A stretch of DNA of 64,000 nucleotides, taken from assembly GCA_964016885.1 (NCBI GenBank), contig OZ024743.1, positions 114,266,001 through 114,330,000 of the forward strand, given 5' to 3'. Below are positions 62,869 through 64,000 of this stretch, in pieces. The translations under genes were made by a program, and so were the position numbers. The first letter of the stretch is position 1. Every line of letters begins with the position of its first letter. Under the pieces are notes generated by a model. That model was not told where the DNA came from. It saw only the letters and a program-made list of their open reading frames with translations, and made no database searches. Origin of the DNA: Eledone cirrhosa. Its lineage: Eukaryota.

Positions 62869-63137
62869 AAGCAGCAGCAACAGTAGCAACAAACAATAGC
62901 ACCAAAAATAACAACAACAACAACAAGAGCATAAACAGTAACAACAAAAGCAACAACAACAACAACAACAACAACAAAAGCAACAACAACAACAACAACA
63001 ACAACAACAAAAGCAGCAGCAACAGTAGCAACAAACAATAGCACCAAAAATAACAACAACAACAACAACAACAACAAGAGCAGCAACAGTAACAACAACA
63101 ACAACAACAACAAAAGCAGCAACAACACAACAACACA

Positions 63138-63168
<31 letters not shown>

Positions 63169-63182
63169 CAACAACAACACGA
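62365..63182. repeat. AAC/AGC-rich cryptic satellite
   Basis: Recurrent caatagcaccaaaaataacaacaac. Confidence 0.9.
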
Positions 63183-63659
63183 ACGACATCTTTTTGCTTA
63201 TTTTTCATATCCGAATAATGCCGAGGCATAAAATCTCTCGTTTACCAAATCTCGTGACAATTTCTGTTTAACAGTAAATTCAGAAATTCTTTTTACTTTT
63301 AGAATGTTTTGTTTCGTTTTATTTATATAATATATATACCTACTTTATTCCTGGACAAGCGAATAGTTACGTATTCTCATGGCTTATGTAACTATTCAGT
63401 ATGCTAGAGTCTCAAGGGGTGGGGGGATGTTGCACTGGAGACCAGTCTCTTCTTTTTGATGTTTCGCGAAGTTAATTTGGAAGAATGAATACTATAAACT
63501 TTTTATTATTACTGTTTGGTTGTTTATTGATACTTGTGTCATTATTGTCTTTGTAAGGATGGTGTTTAGAGTGAGGAAGAGAAGAAAGGAAATAGAAAGA
63601 TAGATAAGACAGAAAGAGAAAGAGTTTGAGAGTGAGTGAAAGAGAGAGAGAGAGTGAGT

Positions 63660-63743
<84 letters not shown>

Positions 63744-63958
63744 GAGAAGATTGAGGAAGGAAGAGAAAAGAGAGGAAGAGAAAAGAGAGAGGAAGAGAAA
63801 AGAGAGAAAGAGAGGAAAATGAAAGAAAACGAAAAGAGAAAGAAATGAAGCCAGCAAATGTCTGTTCGCGTCTTTATGTGAGTGTGTGTGCTCATTCGTG
63901 TGTCTGTGTGTTCGTATGTGTGTGTTCATGTGTGTGGTGTGTGTTCGTGTGTGTTCGT

Positions 63959-63990
<32 letters not shown>

Positions 63991-64000
63991 TCGTGTGTGA

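Overview
AT-rich, microsatellite-dense eukaryotic DNA. The SINE, LINE and (TA)n/(CA)n content suggests a cephalopod, probably Octopus (inference). The only host gene I can support is a ZNFX1 homolog on the minus strand (about 8.3-13.9 kb) with an SF1/Upf1-like helicase, NF-X1 zinc fingers and an RZ finger. It has two anomalies: a single in-frame TAG inside an otherwise open exon of about 5 kb, and a last-intron donor that does not join the RZ-finger exon in the expected frame. The rest is mobile DNA: RTE, Tx1/L1 and R4/Dong-like LINE remnants, a deleted mariner, MITEs, a Helitron holding a 4 x 616-bp array, many tRNA-derived SINEs and several Penelope-like element (PLE) remnants with GIY-YIG domains. 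Reading the non-coding DNA by hand gave about 17 type I hammerhead ribozyme motifs, intact to degenerate, from roughly 10 families. Two are non-coding tandem units (483 and about 431 nt) with one hammerhead per unit, the layout of retrozymes or circular-RNA generators. Two are fold-back elements with a hammerhead in each arm. Most other ORFs in the track are microsatellite artefacts. All folds and alignments were done by eye.
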